From positions 1,110,001-1,142,000 of the forward strand of contig NZ_CP019633.1 in NCBI RefSeq assembly GCF_001997385.1: a stretch of DNA of 32,000 bases, read 5' to 3'. The position numbers and the translations under genes are program-made. The stretch comes from Sedimentisphaera cyanobacteriorum (GTDB taxonomy: Bacteria; Planctomycetota; Phycisphaerae; Sedimentisphaerales; Sedimentisphaeraceae). The notes under the pieces are model-generated. The model was not told the origin of the DNA. It did no database searches and was given only the letters and a program-made list of their open reading frames with translations. Numbering within the stretch: position 1 is the first letter of the stretch; the number at the start of each line of letters is the position of its first letter. Shown one piece after another: positions 1-8,543 of this stretch.

Positions 1-520
1 TCCTTATATTTGCAGCGTCGATTTCAACGTCCATTATTGTTTCGTAAGTAAATTTCACATCCTCGGCTGTAACCGGCTCGCCGTCTGAGAACCAGATATC
101 CTCCTTCAGACGGAATTCTATCTTCAGCCCGTCTTCCGATATATCCCAGCTCTCTGCGAGAAGGGGCTGATATTCAAGGCTGTCGCGGTTACGCCTGACA
201 AGGGTTTCAAATACAAAGCAGTTTTTCGAGCCAACAATAGTATCTGCATAGGCGTCTTTTGAGGTAATGGGGTTTAGAGTGGGAGGTTCAGAACTTAATC
301 TCCATATAAGCCAGCCGCCGTCTTTTGCAGAAGCCTGAGCCGAATCGGTATCAGAAGCCGGGCGATATACCCTGCTGTTTTTTCCCGAGACCTTCTTTTC
401 AAGCTGATTAACCCTCTCAAAGAGCCTGTCGGACTGTTTCATCTCAAGCCCCTGGAGGAATACAAGAATAAGCAGAATCAATACTACAAAGAACTTAAAG
501 ACGCTGGACTTTCCCGTCAT
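1..520 (-). CDS. ABC transporter substrate-binding protein, family 5 (peptide/nickel type), N-terminal part; gene runs off the left edge
   Basis: Not in the supplied ORF track. My reverse-strand translation from the ATG at 520..518 gives MTGKSSVFKFFVVLILLILVF (signal/anchor). It continues WRLSSEPPTLNPITSKDAYADTIVGS...FETLVRRNRDSLEYQPLLAESWDISEDGLKIEFRLKEDIWFSDGEPVTAEDVKFTYE, the typical N-terminal pattern of SBP family 5. The frame is open to position 1. Confidence 0.7.
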   Translation of the reverse strand, partial: MTGKSSVFKFFVVLILLILVFLQGLEMKQSDRLFERVNQLEKKVSGKNSRVYRPASDTDSAQASAKDGGWLIWRLSSEPPTLNPITSKDAYADTIVGSKNCFVFETLVRRNRDSLEYQPLLAESWDISEDGLKIEFRLKEDIWFSDGEPVTAEDVKFTYETIMDVEIDAANIR

Positions 521-557
521 TTGAGAGCCTTCCCGTGATTATGTCAGTTTACCCGGT

Positions 558-1604
558 TCAGATGCCTAAGCTTTTTGGAGCCTGCCCGGAGGGGTAAGTG
601 AAGCCGAGCTGCTGAGGCAGAAGTCCTTCAGTGTCGGCGCCTCCGAAAACCTTGGTGTAGCTTTCCTGAAGAGCCTGATAATCCTGCTTTCCTATTGCGG
701 ATGTTATAGAGGAATCGTTTATCCCTAAATCAGGCAGGATATTTTTTTCAATCTCACTTATAAGAGCGGCCAGCTGCGCCTTGCTCTTTGCCTCAAGCAT
801 ATTGTCGGGGCTTAGTGCAATGGAATATTTTTCAACTATGTAAGCAAAAGTTTGGGCGAAAGGTTCTTTCAGGCTGTCGCTGCCTGTCTGAATCCTTGAG
901 GCGGCAGCTTTGAACAGCTCAGCATCGCAATACTCATTCCTCGCCTCGCCCTTTGAATAAATTTCCATCCTGTTATTCATAAGGCTCTCAAGCATTTGGT
1001 CTGCAGCATCATTATTGAGCTCAACGCAGAGCTTGGAGAGAATTCTTCCTACAAGAGCGGTATCTTCCTGATTAGCCATCTCTCTGAGATCTGCTAAAAG
1101 CTCTTCAGCGCCTTGTCCGCCCTGCTTTATAGTGCTGATATTATTCGGGGTTAGACAGATTTTTACCGCCCAGTATCTTGAAGAAGGCTGAGAAGACTTT
1201 GAAAGAGAGCGGGCGAACTGGAAAAACTCAGAACTGTCAAGCTGGGAAGCCATCCTCGCCATCATAACCTGAAAACCCGCTGCGAAAGTCTTGTCTTCCC
1301 AAGTGTCAACTACATTCATTACTGAAGCAATATTTTCCTTGAGAGTTTGGGCAAACTGACTCTTATACTGCTGCTGGTCTTCTTTGGGCTTTCTTAGAGT
1401 AAGCTGGTCCATAGCCTTTACTGCCCCTGAGAGGTCGTCAGCATTGAGCATTTCATCAAACTGCTGGTCTATAAAAGCCGCAAGGGTTTGAGCATCTTCT
1501 TCACTTAGAGAAGATTTAGCTCGAATGTCATCAATCTGTTTTGTTGTTACAGCAAATGAACAGCCTGCAGCAAGCAGGATAATAATAAGTTTTCTAAACA
1601 TCAT
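558..1604 (-). CDS. Hypothetical lipoprotein, mostly alpha-helical, function unknown
   Basis: Long ORF 558..1640. The internal start MMFRKLIIILLAAGCS has a lipobox (LAAGC) and a GAGG about 5 nt upstream, so the start is probably 1604. No family recognised. Confidence 0.55.
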   Translation of the reverse strand: MMFRKLIIILLAAGCSFAVTTKQIDDIRAKSSLSEEDAQTLAAFIDQQFDEMLNADDLSGAVKAMDQLTLRKPKEDQQQYKSQFAQTLKENIASVMNVVDTWEDKTFAAGFQVMMARMASQLDSSEFFQFARSLSKSSQPSSRYWAVKICLTPNNISTIKQGGQGAEELLADLREMANQEDTALVGRILSKLCVELNNDAADQMLESLMNNRMEIYSKGEARNEYCDAELFKAAASRIQTGSDSLKEPFAQTFAYIVEKYSIALSPDNMLEAKSKAQLAALISEIEKNILPDLGINDSSITSAIGKQDYQALQESYTKVFGGADTEGLLPQQLGFTYPSGQAPKSLGI

Positions 1605-1740
1605 ATACCTCATTAAAATATTCTGGCAATCGGGTATCATATTATCAATTTTTGTCGCTCTTTGTGAAGATATTTTATTTAATTCTTTGCTTACATCCAG
1701 AAAAAACCTTCGCTCTTCGGGAGAATATAGCGTATTTTTG

Positions 1741-1768
1741 TTGCATTAGAAGGAATAAAAATTATAAT
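1741..1768 (+). promoter_or_regulatory. Candidate sigma70-type promoter for rpsO (TTGCAT-16 nt-TATAAT)
   Basis: TTGCAT at 1741..1746 and TATAAT at 1763..1768, with a 16-nt spacer. It lies about 100 nt upstream of the rpsO start in an AT-rich divergent intergenic region. Confidence 0.4.
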
Positions 1769-1867
1769 TTCCACACAGATTAGCAAGCTTTGAAGGCTTA
1801 GCCCGGCACGGGCCTGCGTAACGCTCGGCCGGGGCGTATGTTTTTAAAGTAACAAGAAAGGTTTCAA

Positions 1868-2134
1868 ATGATAAACAAGGAAAAGAAAAGTCAAATTATC
1901 TCTGACTACCAGACAGACCAGAAAGACACTGGGTCTCCCGAGGTTCAGGTTGCGATTCTCACAGCGAGAATCAATGAGCTCACCGAACACCTGAAAACCC
2001 ACAAAAAAGACCACGCTTCAAGGCGCGGCCTGCTGAAAATGGTGGGTACAAGGGCATCTCTTTTGAAGTATATTGCTAATAAAGATGTTGAAAGGTACAG
2101 ATCGCTTATAAAGAGGCTCGGACTGAGAAAATAA
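1868..2134 (+). CDS. rpsO: 30S ribosomal protein S15
   Basis: 88 aa. [48 protein letters not shown] is the canonical S15 sequence pattern. A GAAAGG RBS is present, and pnp follows immediately as in most bacteria. Confidence 0.97.
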   Translation: MINKEKKSQIISDYQTDQKDTGSPEVQVAILTARINELTEHLKTHKKDHASRRGLLKMVGTRASLLKYIANKDVERYRSLIKRLGLRK

Positions 2135-2165
2135 TGTCTGACTTGTATAAAAATTAAGATGTATT

Positions 2166-2211
2166 AAGGCGCGGGCAGGATTATATTATGCTGCAAGCGC
2201 CTTTTCTGTTT
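2166..2211 (+). terminator. rpsO-pnp intergenic hairpin with U-rich tail (partial terminator / processing hairpin)
   Basis: AAGGCGC (2166..2172) pairs with GCGCCTT (2197..2203). An inner GCAG/CTGC pairing is present, and TTCTGTTT follows. A second small hairpin, GCGGGA-tgtg-TCCTGC, lies at 2226..2241 in the pnp leader. Confidence 0.5.
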
Positions 2212-2271
2212 GTAAATTTTTAAGTGCGGGATGTGTCCTGCAGATTTGAATGTAAATTAAGGAATTAGTAA

Positions 2272-4380
2272 ATGTTTGAAATTCACAAAGTTGAAAAAGA
2301 AATCGCCGGCAAGAAACTCTCTATCGAAACAGGTTTGCTTGCCAATCAGGCCGACGGTGCTGTTACAGTAACTTACGGAGAGACTGTAGTTTTTGCATCA
2401 GCATGCAGTACGGACGCAAAAGAAGATGCTGATTATTTCCCTCTGATGGTTGACTACAGGGAACGTCAGGTAGCTGCGGGTAAGTTCCCGGGCGGGTTTA
2501 TGAAAAGAGAAGGACGCCCTTCAAGCAGAGAAATGCTGATTGCACGCTGCGTTGACCGTCCAATCCGTCCGCTCTTTCCGGAAGGCTACTTCGATGAAGT
2601 GCAGATTATGGTAAACGTACTCAGCGCAGATCAGGAAAACGACCCTGACGTTCTTGCTATAATCGCCGCCTCTGCTGCGCTTACAATAAGCACTATACCG
2701 TTCCAAGGGCCTCTCGGAGCCTGCAAAGTAGGTATGCTGGAGGGCAAACTGACAGCCTTCCCCACAGTTTCACAGATGCAGAATTCCGATCTAGACCTTA
2801 TGCTCGGCGGAAGAGAAAACAACCTTAATATGATAGAGGTTGAAGCCGATGAGATAAGCGAAGAGAAGATGGCTGAGGCAGTGAAATTCGGCCAGAGCAT
2901 TAACGGCGAGATCTGCAGAATGATTAATGAGCTGCAGAAAAAATGCGGTAAAGAAAAGATTTGCAGCCTCAGGGAAGAAAATGCTGATGTTGAAGCCAAA
3001 ATCCGCGAATACGCAGCGGACAAGATAGCTGAAGCGAAAAAGATTGAGGGCAAACAGGACAGACAGGAAGCTCTCGATAAGATTCAGGAAGAGCTAAACG
3101 CCCAGCTTTGTGAAGGCGAGGAGCCTGTGAGCACAGAGATGGAGGTGAACAGTCTGCTCGATAAGCTCGAAAAAGAAGTTACAAGAAAAATGATTCTCGA
3201 TGGCGCTAGGCCGGACGGAAGAGATTACGATACAATCAGAGATTTGGACTGCCGTGTCGGGGTTATTCCGAGAGTGCACGGTTCTTCACTGTTTACAAGA
3301 GGCGAAACTCAGGCACTGATTTCTGTAATTCTCGGCACAGGCAAAGATGAACAGATCGTTGACGGTGTGCACGAGGAATTCGGACAGAGATTTATGCTCC
3401 ATTACAACTTCCCGCCTTATTCTGTAGGCGAGGTTCGTTTCATAAGAGGGCCCGGAAGGCGTGAAATAGGCCACGGAGCTCTTGCAGAGAAGTCTCTGCG
3501 TGCTGTTATCCCGTCTGAGGATCAATTTCCTTACACCATCAAAGTTGTATCGGATATTACCGGTTCAAACGGCTCAAGCTCAATGGCGAGCATCTGCGGG
3601 GGCTCTCTGGCACTGATGGATTCAGGTGTGCCGATTAAAAAGCCAGTGGCAGGAATTTCCGTAGGTATGGTAAGCGATGAGGATAAATATCAGCTTATTA
3701 CAGACATCCTCGGCGAAGAAGACCATTTCGGCGATATGGACTTCAAAGTAGCAGGTACTACTGAAGGTATCACAGGAATCCAGCTTGATCTCAAAAAGCA
3801 TGAGCTTCCTCACGAGATACTTGTAGAAACACTGGAAAGAGCAAGAAAAGCAAGGCTCAAAATTTTAGAATCGATGCGAGCAACAATCTCTGAGGCAAGG
3901 CCTGAGCTGAGCAAGTATGCACCGAAGCTCACTTCTATTCAGGTTGACCCTGAGGTTATAGGAAAGATAATCGGCCCGGGCGGAGCTACAATCAAGGCTA
4001 TTCAGGAAAGAACAAACACTAACGTTGAAATAGATGACAGCGGAAAAGTTACAATCAGCACCACTGAAGGCGACGGGCAGATAGAAGCAGAAAGGCTTAT
4101 AAAGGCTATTACAGAGAAGCCCAAGATAGGCTCTATTTTCAAGGATGCTGTCGTTGTATCTATAAAAGAATTCGGCGTGTTTGTGGAGATTGCTCCGGGC
4201 GTTGAAGGGCTGTGCCATATCAGCGAACTGAGCGACGGTTTCGTCAAGAATGCCAAAGATATATGCAAAATCGGCGATATTATGCCGGTGAAGCTCACCG
4301 AGATAGACAGGCAGGGAAGACTGAAATTCTCAAGAAAACAGGCCGTCGCCGAGGTTGAAGGCGAGAGCAAAGAAGAATAA
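2272..4380 (+). CDS. pnp: Polyribonucleotide nucleotidyltransferase (PNPase)
   Basis: 702 aa with two RNase PH-like cores (RPLFPEGY..., FGDMDFKVAGT). C-terminal KH (IGKIIGPGGATIKAI) and S1 (VVSIKEFGVFVEIAPGVEGLCHISEL) domains are present. Confidence 0.98.
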   Translation: MFEIHKVEKEIAGKKLSIETGLLANQADGAVTVTYGETVVFASACSTDAKEDADYFPLMVDYRERQVAAGKFPGGFMKREGRPSSREMLIARCVDRPIRPLFPEGYFDEVQIMVNVLSADQENDPDVLAIIAASAALTISTIPFQGPLGACKVGMLEGKLTAFPTVSQMQNSDLDLMLGGRENNLNMIEVEADEISEEKMAEAVKFGQSINGEICRMINELQKKCGKEKICSLREENADVEAKIREYAADKIAEAKKIEGKQDRQEALDKIQEELNAQLCEGEEPVSTEMEVNSLLDKLEKEVTRKMILDGARPDGRDYDTIRDLDCRVGVIPRVHGSSLFTRGETQALISVILGTGKDEQIVDGVHEEFGQRFMLHYNFPPYSVGEVRFIRGPGRREIGHGALAEKSLRAVIPSEDQFPYTIKVVSDITGSNGSSSMASICGGSLALMDSGVPIKKPVAGISVGMVSDEDKYQLITDILGEEDHFGDMDFKVAGTTEGITGIQLDLKKHELPHEILVETLERARKARLKILESMRATISEARPELSKYAPKLTSIQVDPEVIGKIIGPGGATIKAIQERTNTNVEIDDSGKVTISTTEGDGQIEAERLIKAITEKPKIGSIFKDAVVVSIKEFGVFVEIAPGVEGLCHISELSDGFVKNAKDICKIGDIMPVKLTEIDRQGRLKFSRKQAVAEVEGESKEE

Positions 4381-4407
4381 GATGAGCAGCTGAGAAACTT
4401 CTCATAA

Positions 4408-4440
4408 GAAAATCGAAGGGCGGAATATTCCGCCCTTTTT
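4408..4440. repeat. Copy 1 of a ~33-nt direct repeat that contains the terminator hairpin
   Basis: GAAAATCGAA-GGGCGGAATATTCCGCCCTTTTT. This matches 6484..6519 with 2 substitutions and 1 indel. Confidence 0.7.
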
Positions 4441-4441
4441 A
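4418..4441 (+). terminator. Rho-independent terminator after pnp
   Basis: GGGCGG-AATATT-CCGCCC perfect 6-bp GC stem followed by TTTTT, about 38 nt after the pnp stop. Confidence 0.8.
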
Positions 4442-4653
4442 GTTTTAAATCCTAAAATTATAAACTTAACAAATCTGCTTACCATTCTCCGCCAAATACC
4501 CTTAGTCTTTATACAGGTAAATACACTGTTTATTTTAAAATTTAATCGCTATTTACCCCTAAAAAGAAAAATGAATTGAAACCCTTAAAACAAGAAGCTA
4601 ATATAGCTATATAAGTTGTTTACTATTTGCTTAAATTTTTAAGGGGAAACATT

Positions 4654-6465
4654 ATGAAAACGTTAAAGGTTTCTGTCTGGCTTACGCTGACTGCAGCATC
4701 TTTAAGCTGGGCATCAATTCAAATTAATCATCAATGTACAATTACCTCCACCTTCCCAATCCATCATGCAAAGATATCCGCAGCTGGCAATATAGCGGTT
4801 TTGGGCAGCGAATATAGCAGAAATATCAGAATATACGATGCATATACAGGGCAGCTTAACGGGCAATACACCCTGCCTGAAGATTGCGAAACCGAATCTT
4901 TAGCCTTATCTGCTAATGGCCAGATTATAGCTGCAGGTGTGCAGGGAAGCGATGATATTTACATCCTAAACAGTTCTGGAGGTTTGATAAACAGCTTTTC
5001 AGCAGCTACTCTCAGCAGCCAAGGCTGGAAAGTTAGCATTACCAATGACGGTTCAACTATCTACGCAGGGGTACATAACCAATTTATTAAATTGCGTGTG
5101 AGCGATGGTACAATTCTTGAAAACAAGACCATCGAAACAGACGTCTGGTCGATTTGGGAAGTTTCGTTAAGCGAAACAGCCGGCAAGGTTCTTCTGCGAA
5201 CTAACAGCGATATTATCATAACTGACACCTCTGGCAATGTGCTTTCAAATTATGATATTGTCGAAGGCAATAATATGACAAGCGGCGATCTTTCACCTGA
5301 AGGAGATATGTTTGCAGTTCAATACAACGACCCGGACGGTGAATACAGAAATGAGCTATACACAATAAACGGAACTGAGAAATGGAGCGAAGCTAACACC
5401 TACTACTGCAGACGTATATCGCTTGATTCTAACGGCTATACATATTTTACCGACGCTGATGGTTATCCATGTTTTTATTCTGAATATGGCGGCAGAGCAG
5501 CTCAGTACGGCGATATTCATTACGGGAACATTGTAGATTCTATTCCCAGCGGGATGAAAGTTATTACTGCTTCTTCAAATTCAACCACAGCAAAGGTTTA
5601 CAACATTTACGATATATGGACATCCTACGATGACCTGCCGCGGCCTGAATTTAGGATAACAGACTACTACCCGGACGGGCGAGTGAATATTGAGCTGCTG
5701 AACTCAGAAGCCTACCCCGATCAGATGTTTGAAGAGGCTCCGGAGCTGGCGCCGTGCGGACTTAATTACAACTCAAGCAGATCTTGGGTGCTGTTTTACA
5801 ATCAGGATGACCTTCTAATCTACGGAAGCTGTGCAATCGATTCAGCAGAAGATTTCAGAGACTTGAAATACCCAATTAACAGAGAAGACCATGAAGGGGT
5901 TTATATGCAGATTTGGGACAGAAAAGCTGATATGTACTATAATTCAAGGCTCCAGTATTTAGATGACATTCGCCCTGCTGCAGATGTGAACGGAGATTAT
6001 CTCGTTGATCTCGGGGATGTTGCTTTGATGGCCAAAGACTGGCTGCGGGAGGTTCTTTCCTATGTTAATGTAAACTGGTGGGACATAGACGAAAGAGCAA
6101 GTGGGCTTTCATCGGATTCAATAGATGCCTCAGACGGAAATCGGTTTGGTATTGATTCGTTTTTCATCTACGAGACCAACGAAGGCAGATACGGAAAATT
6201 TATCATTGATGATTACGATGAATCTGATAATCACGCTATAACAATCTCTTGGAAGACCTACGATTACGACGGCAGCTTATACTCAGAGGGCTCAGGTCTT
6301 ACGATAGTAGGAACCTACAGCGCAGATTTGGATGAGGGAGTTTTATCCCCTTACGGCAGCGGGAATCGTGATTTTTCTTGGACAATGTCCAGCTCAGAAA
6401 CAAGATTTCTCACCCCTAAAAACGGAGCATCTTTTAAGATCATATACAGAGCGGATGCGGATTAA
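4654..6465 (+). CDS. Secreted repeat protein (beta-propeller-like N-terminal half) with a dockerin-like Ca-binding segment; function unknown
   Basis: The ORF-track start at 4627 is TTG. The ATG at 4654 follows AAGGGGA and gives the signal peptide MKTLKVSVWLTLTAASLSWA. Repeats of about 45 aa are visible (S..G.I.A.G....I.I....G). DVNGDYLVDLGDVALMAKDW at 5983..6042 resembles a dockerin/EF-hand-like repeat. Confidence 0.7.
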   Translation: MKTLKVSVWLTLTAASLSWASIQINHQCTITSTFPIHHAKISAAGNIAVLGSEYSRNIRIYDAYTGQLNGQYTLPEDCETESLALSANGQIIAAGVQGSDDIYILNSSGGLINSFSAATLSSQGWKVSITNDGSTIYAGVHNQFIKLRVSDGTILENKTIETDVWSIWEVSLSETAGKVLLRTNSDIIITDTSGNVLSNYDIVEGNNMTSGDLSPEGDMFAVQYNDPDGEYRNELYTINGTEKWSEANTYYCRRISLDSNGYTYFTDADGYPCFYSEYGGRAAQYGDIHYGNIVDSIPSGMKVITASSNSTTAKVYNIYDIWTSYDDLPRPEFRITDYYPDGRVNIELLNSEAYPDQMFEEAPELAPCGLNYNSSRSWVLFYNQDDLLIYGSCAIDSAEDFRDLKYPINREDHEGVYMQIWDRKADMYYNSRLQYLDDIRPAADVNGDYLVDLGDVALMAKDWLREVLSYVNVNWWDIDERASGLSSDSIDASDGNRFGIDSFFIYETNEGRYGKFIIDDYDESDNHAITISWKTYDYDGSLYSEGSGLTIVGTYSADLDEGVLSPYGSGNRDFSWTMSSSETRFLTPKNGASFKIIYRADAD

Positions 6466-6483
6466 GCTCCAAGATTTTCAGCC

Positions 6484-6519
6484 GAAATTCGAACGGGCGG
6501 ATTATTCCGCCCTTTTTTT
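6484..6519. repeat. Copy 2 of the ~33-nt direct repeat that contains the terminator hairpin
   Basis: GAAATTCGAACGGGCGGATTATTCCGCCCTTTTTTT; see 4408..4440. Confidence 0.7.
6495..6519 (+). terminator. Rho-independent terminator after the 4654..6465 gene
   Basis: GGGCGG-ATTATT-CCGCCC stem-loop followed by a T7 tract, 30 nt after the stop. Confidence 0.8.
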
Positions 6520-6549
6520 AATTTACGAAACCTAAGATTACCAGCGAAA

Positions 6550-6978
6550 TTATCCAGCCGGGTAGAGGTAATCCGGTATTTTCATCGGCTTGCCTTTACT
6601 GTCAACACAGGCTACGATTGTTTTGCCCTCAGCGACTGTCAGCTTTGTATCAGCCCTGAAAAGCGTGTATGTATGCTCAATTTTGGCCTTTGTAACATTA
6701 CTGCATTCAGTTTTGAGCGTAAGCTGCTGGTCGTAGTATGCAGGCCTTCGGAATTTCACCTGAATCTCAGCAACCACCATCCTGCAGTTATTCTCCTCTA
6801 AAAATGAATACGCCATTCCGTTCTCACGCAGCAGCTCTGTTCGGCCTATCTCAAAGTATATTGGATAAACGCTGTTGTGTACTATTCCGCCCTGATCTGT
6901 TTCGGAGTATCTGGGCACAATTTCAGTTTCTGTTACTGGTTTGTGTATTTTACCTGAAGACATTATAATATAACTCAT
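6550..6978 (-). CDS. Acyl-CoA thioesterase, YbgC/4HBT hotdog family
   Basis: VPRYSETDQGGIVHNSVYPIYFEIGRTELLRENGMAY matches the 4HBT/YbgC N-terminal catalytic region (xxTD..G.V.). The start is uncertain: ATG at 6978 or 6963. The ORF-track extension to 7056 is Phe/Asn-rich and overlaps yacG. Confidence 0.8.
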   Translation of the reverse strand: MSYIIMSSGKIHKPVTETEIVPRYSETDQGGIVHNSVYPIYFEIGRTELLRENGMAYSFLEENNCRMVVAEIQVKFRRPAYYDQQLTLKTECSNVTKAKIEHTYTLFRADTKLTVAEGKTIVACVDSKGKPMKIPDYLYPAG

Positions 6979-7040
6979 AAATTTTTGATTTATTGTTTTT
7001 CTCTTGCCAAAAAGACATAGATTGTTAAAGAATATAAAAA

Positions 7041-7235
7041 ATGAGAAGTTATGCAAATAAAAATGTGTTTTCCTGCAAGAAATGCGGAAAAGAGATCGCC
7101 GGACTGAAAGAAAACCCCCATTTCCCGTTCTGCAGCAAGAGGTGCAGATATATGGATCTGGGCAGCTGGCTCAGCGAGGAATATACATTGGAAAAGCAAG
7201 AGCAGGAATATTTTGATACCGGAGAACAATTATGA
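7041..7235 (+). CDS. yacG: DNA gyrase inhibitor YacG (zinc ribbon)
   Basis: 64 aa. CKKCGKEI...PFCSKRCRYMDLGSWLSEEY matches the YacG signature CxxC...PFCSxRCxxxDLGxW. Confidence 0.8.
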   Translation: MRSYANKNVFSCKKCGKEIAGLKENPHFPFCSKRCRYMDLGSWLSEEYTLEKQEQEYFDTGEQL

Positions 7236-8542
7236 ACAGCGAATCCGGCACTAACAGATGTCTCAGTGTTTTTTTTAGAAACCTATACTTCACCCAAATA
7301 TTCAAGGCCTTCAGAGTTGCTATAAACCCTTCGAGGCTTTTCATAGCCTTTCTCGGGGTAATACTTCTTATAGCCTCAGGCTATCTCCTTCAAAACCTTG
7401 AGAGAGAAGTGAAAATAATTAATAAAGAGGAGGCTGAGAAATTTCACCCGGAAGTTGCCGACGTTAGCGAAGGCAGCTCTCCAATAACGGAGATAGATGT
7501 ATATCTAAGCAAGCCCCACGAACTGCACAAATTCGCGAATGCAGAGTTCAGCAGGGAGATAGGCGTTTTCAGGGCTTTGGCTTGGAAGGTCTCGGGCAGC
7601 ATCAATTACATCACTCTGGAAAGCGTAAAGCTCAATGCCCTCGGTATTTTTACAGAGCTTGGCAAGCTTGCCAAAACATTTTTCTGGTCTGTTAAATTTT
7701 ACCCGCTGTTCGCAATCCCCTATTATCTTCTTTCAGTTTGTGTGCTTGCCTTTTTCGGAGGGGCGGTATGCAGAAGCGCGGCTATAGAGCACTGCTCAGG
7801 CACGAAAACCGGTCCTGGAGCAGGTCTCAGGTTTGCTTATGAAAAGGTCTGGGATATGCTTTGTGCCCCTCTTGCTCCAATCGTGCTTATGATATTTCTC
7901 GGGTTTATAATATTTCTTGCAGGAGCGGCCTGCCGACTGCCTGCGGTGGGAGATTTTATCTTCGGTTTCTGCGCAGTATTCGGGCTGATAATCGGGTTCG
8001 TAATAACGCTTATTCTCATAGGTTTTATTGCAGGCGTGCATCTGATGGCTCCTACTATTGCAGTGGAAAATTCAGATTTCAACGAGGCGGTAAACCGTTC
8101 ATACGGCTATGCCTATACAAAGCCTTGGTATCTGCTTTTCTATTCGCTTATAAGCATATTTTACGGGGCAATATGCTATATGTTTGTTAGGCTTTGCGCA
8201 TACCTAATGCTCAGAATCACTTACGCATTCTTTGAAGTTTCAGCCCTAAGCGGAGACTGGGGGCTCAGGGAACATTGGGCAAGGCCGGTATTCTTCAACC
8301 TCAGCGGGACGATGGGTTCAGGCACAAATTTCGGCTCCGAACATTTGCTTCTGAATATTGCAATAATACTTGTAATCAGCGCTATCGCAAGCTTTATGGT
8401 AAGCTTCTACTACTGCTGTTCGACTATCATATATACACTGCTTAGAAAAAAGGCAGACAGTGAGCCCATAGATAAAATATTCCTTTTCTCAGAAAACAGG
8501 AAGCATGAATTGTCAGGAAAAGATGCAAAGCAAGAAAGCTGA
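7232..8542 (+). CDS. Polytopic integral membrane protein, unknown function
   Basis: 436 aa with several long hydrophobic segments. The ATG overlaps the yacG stop (ATGA at 7232..7235) and is preceded by GGAGA. Confidence 0.7.
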   Translation: MNSESGTNRCLSVFFRNLYFTQIFKAFRVAINPSRLFIAFLGVILLIASGYLLQNLEREVKIINKEEAEKFHPEVADVSEGSSPITEIDVYLSKPHELHKFANAEFSREIGVFRALAWKVSGSINYITLESVKLNALGIFTELGKLAKTFFWSVKFYPLFAIPYYLLSVCVLAFFGGAVCRSAAIEHCSGTKTGPGAGLRFAYEKVWDMLCAPLAPIVLMIFLGFIIFLAGAACRLPAVGDFIFGFCAVFGLIIGFVITLILIGFIAGVHLMAPTIAVENSDFNEAVNRSYGYAYTKPWYLLFYSLISIFYGAICYMFVRLCAYLMLRITYAFFEVSALSGDWGLREHWARPVFFNLSGTMGSGTNFGSEHLLLNIAIILVISAIASFMVSFYYCCSTIIYTLLRKKADSEPIDKIFLFSENRKHELSGKDAKQES

Positions 8543-8543
8543 A

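Noticed and set aside
2521-4370. Seven minus-strand ORFs of 61-140 aa inside pnp
   Set aside because: They are antisense to a confidently identified, full-length PNPase gene. Their compositions are odd (Ser/Phe/Ile/Cys-rich) with no recognisable motifs, which is typical of shadow ORFs.
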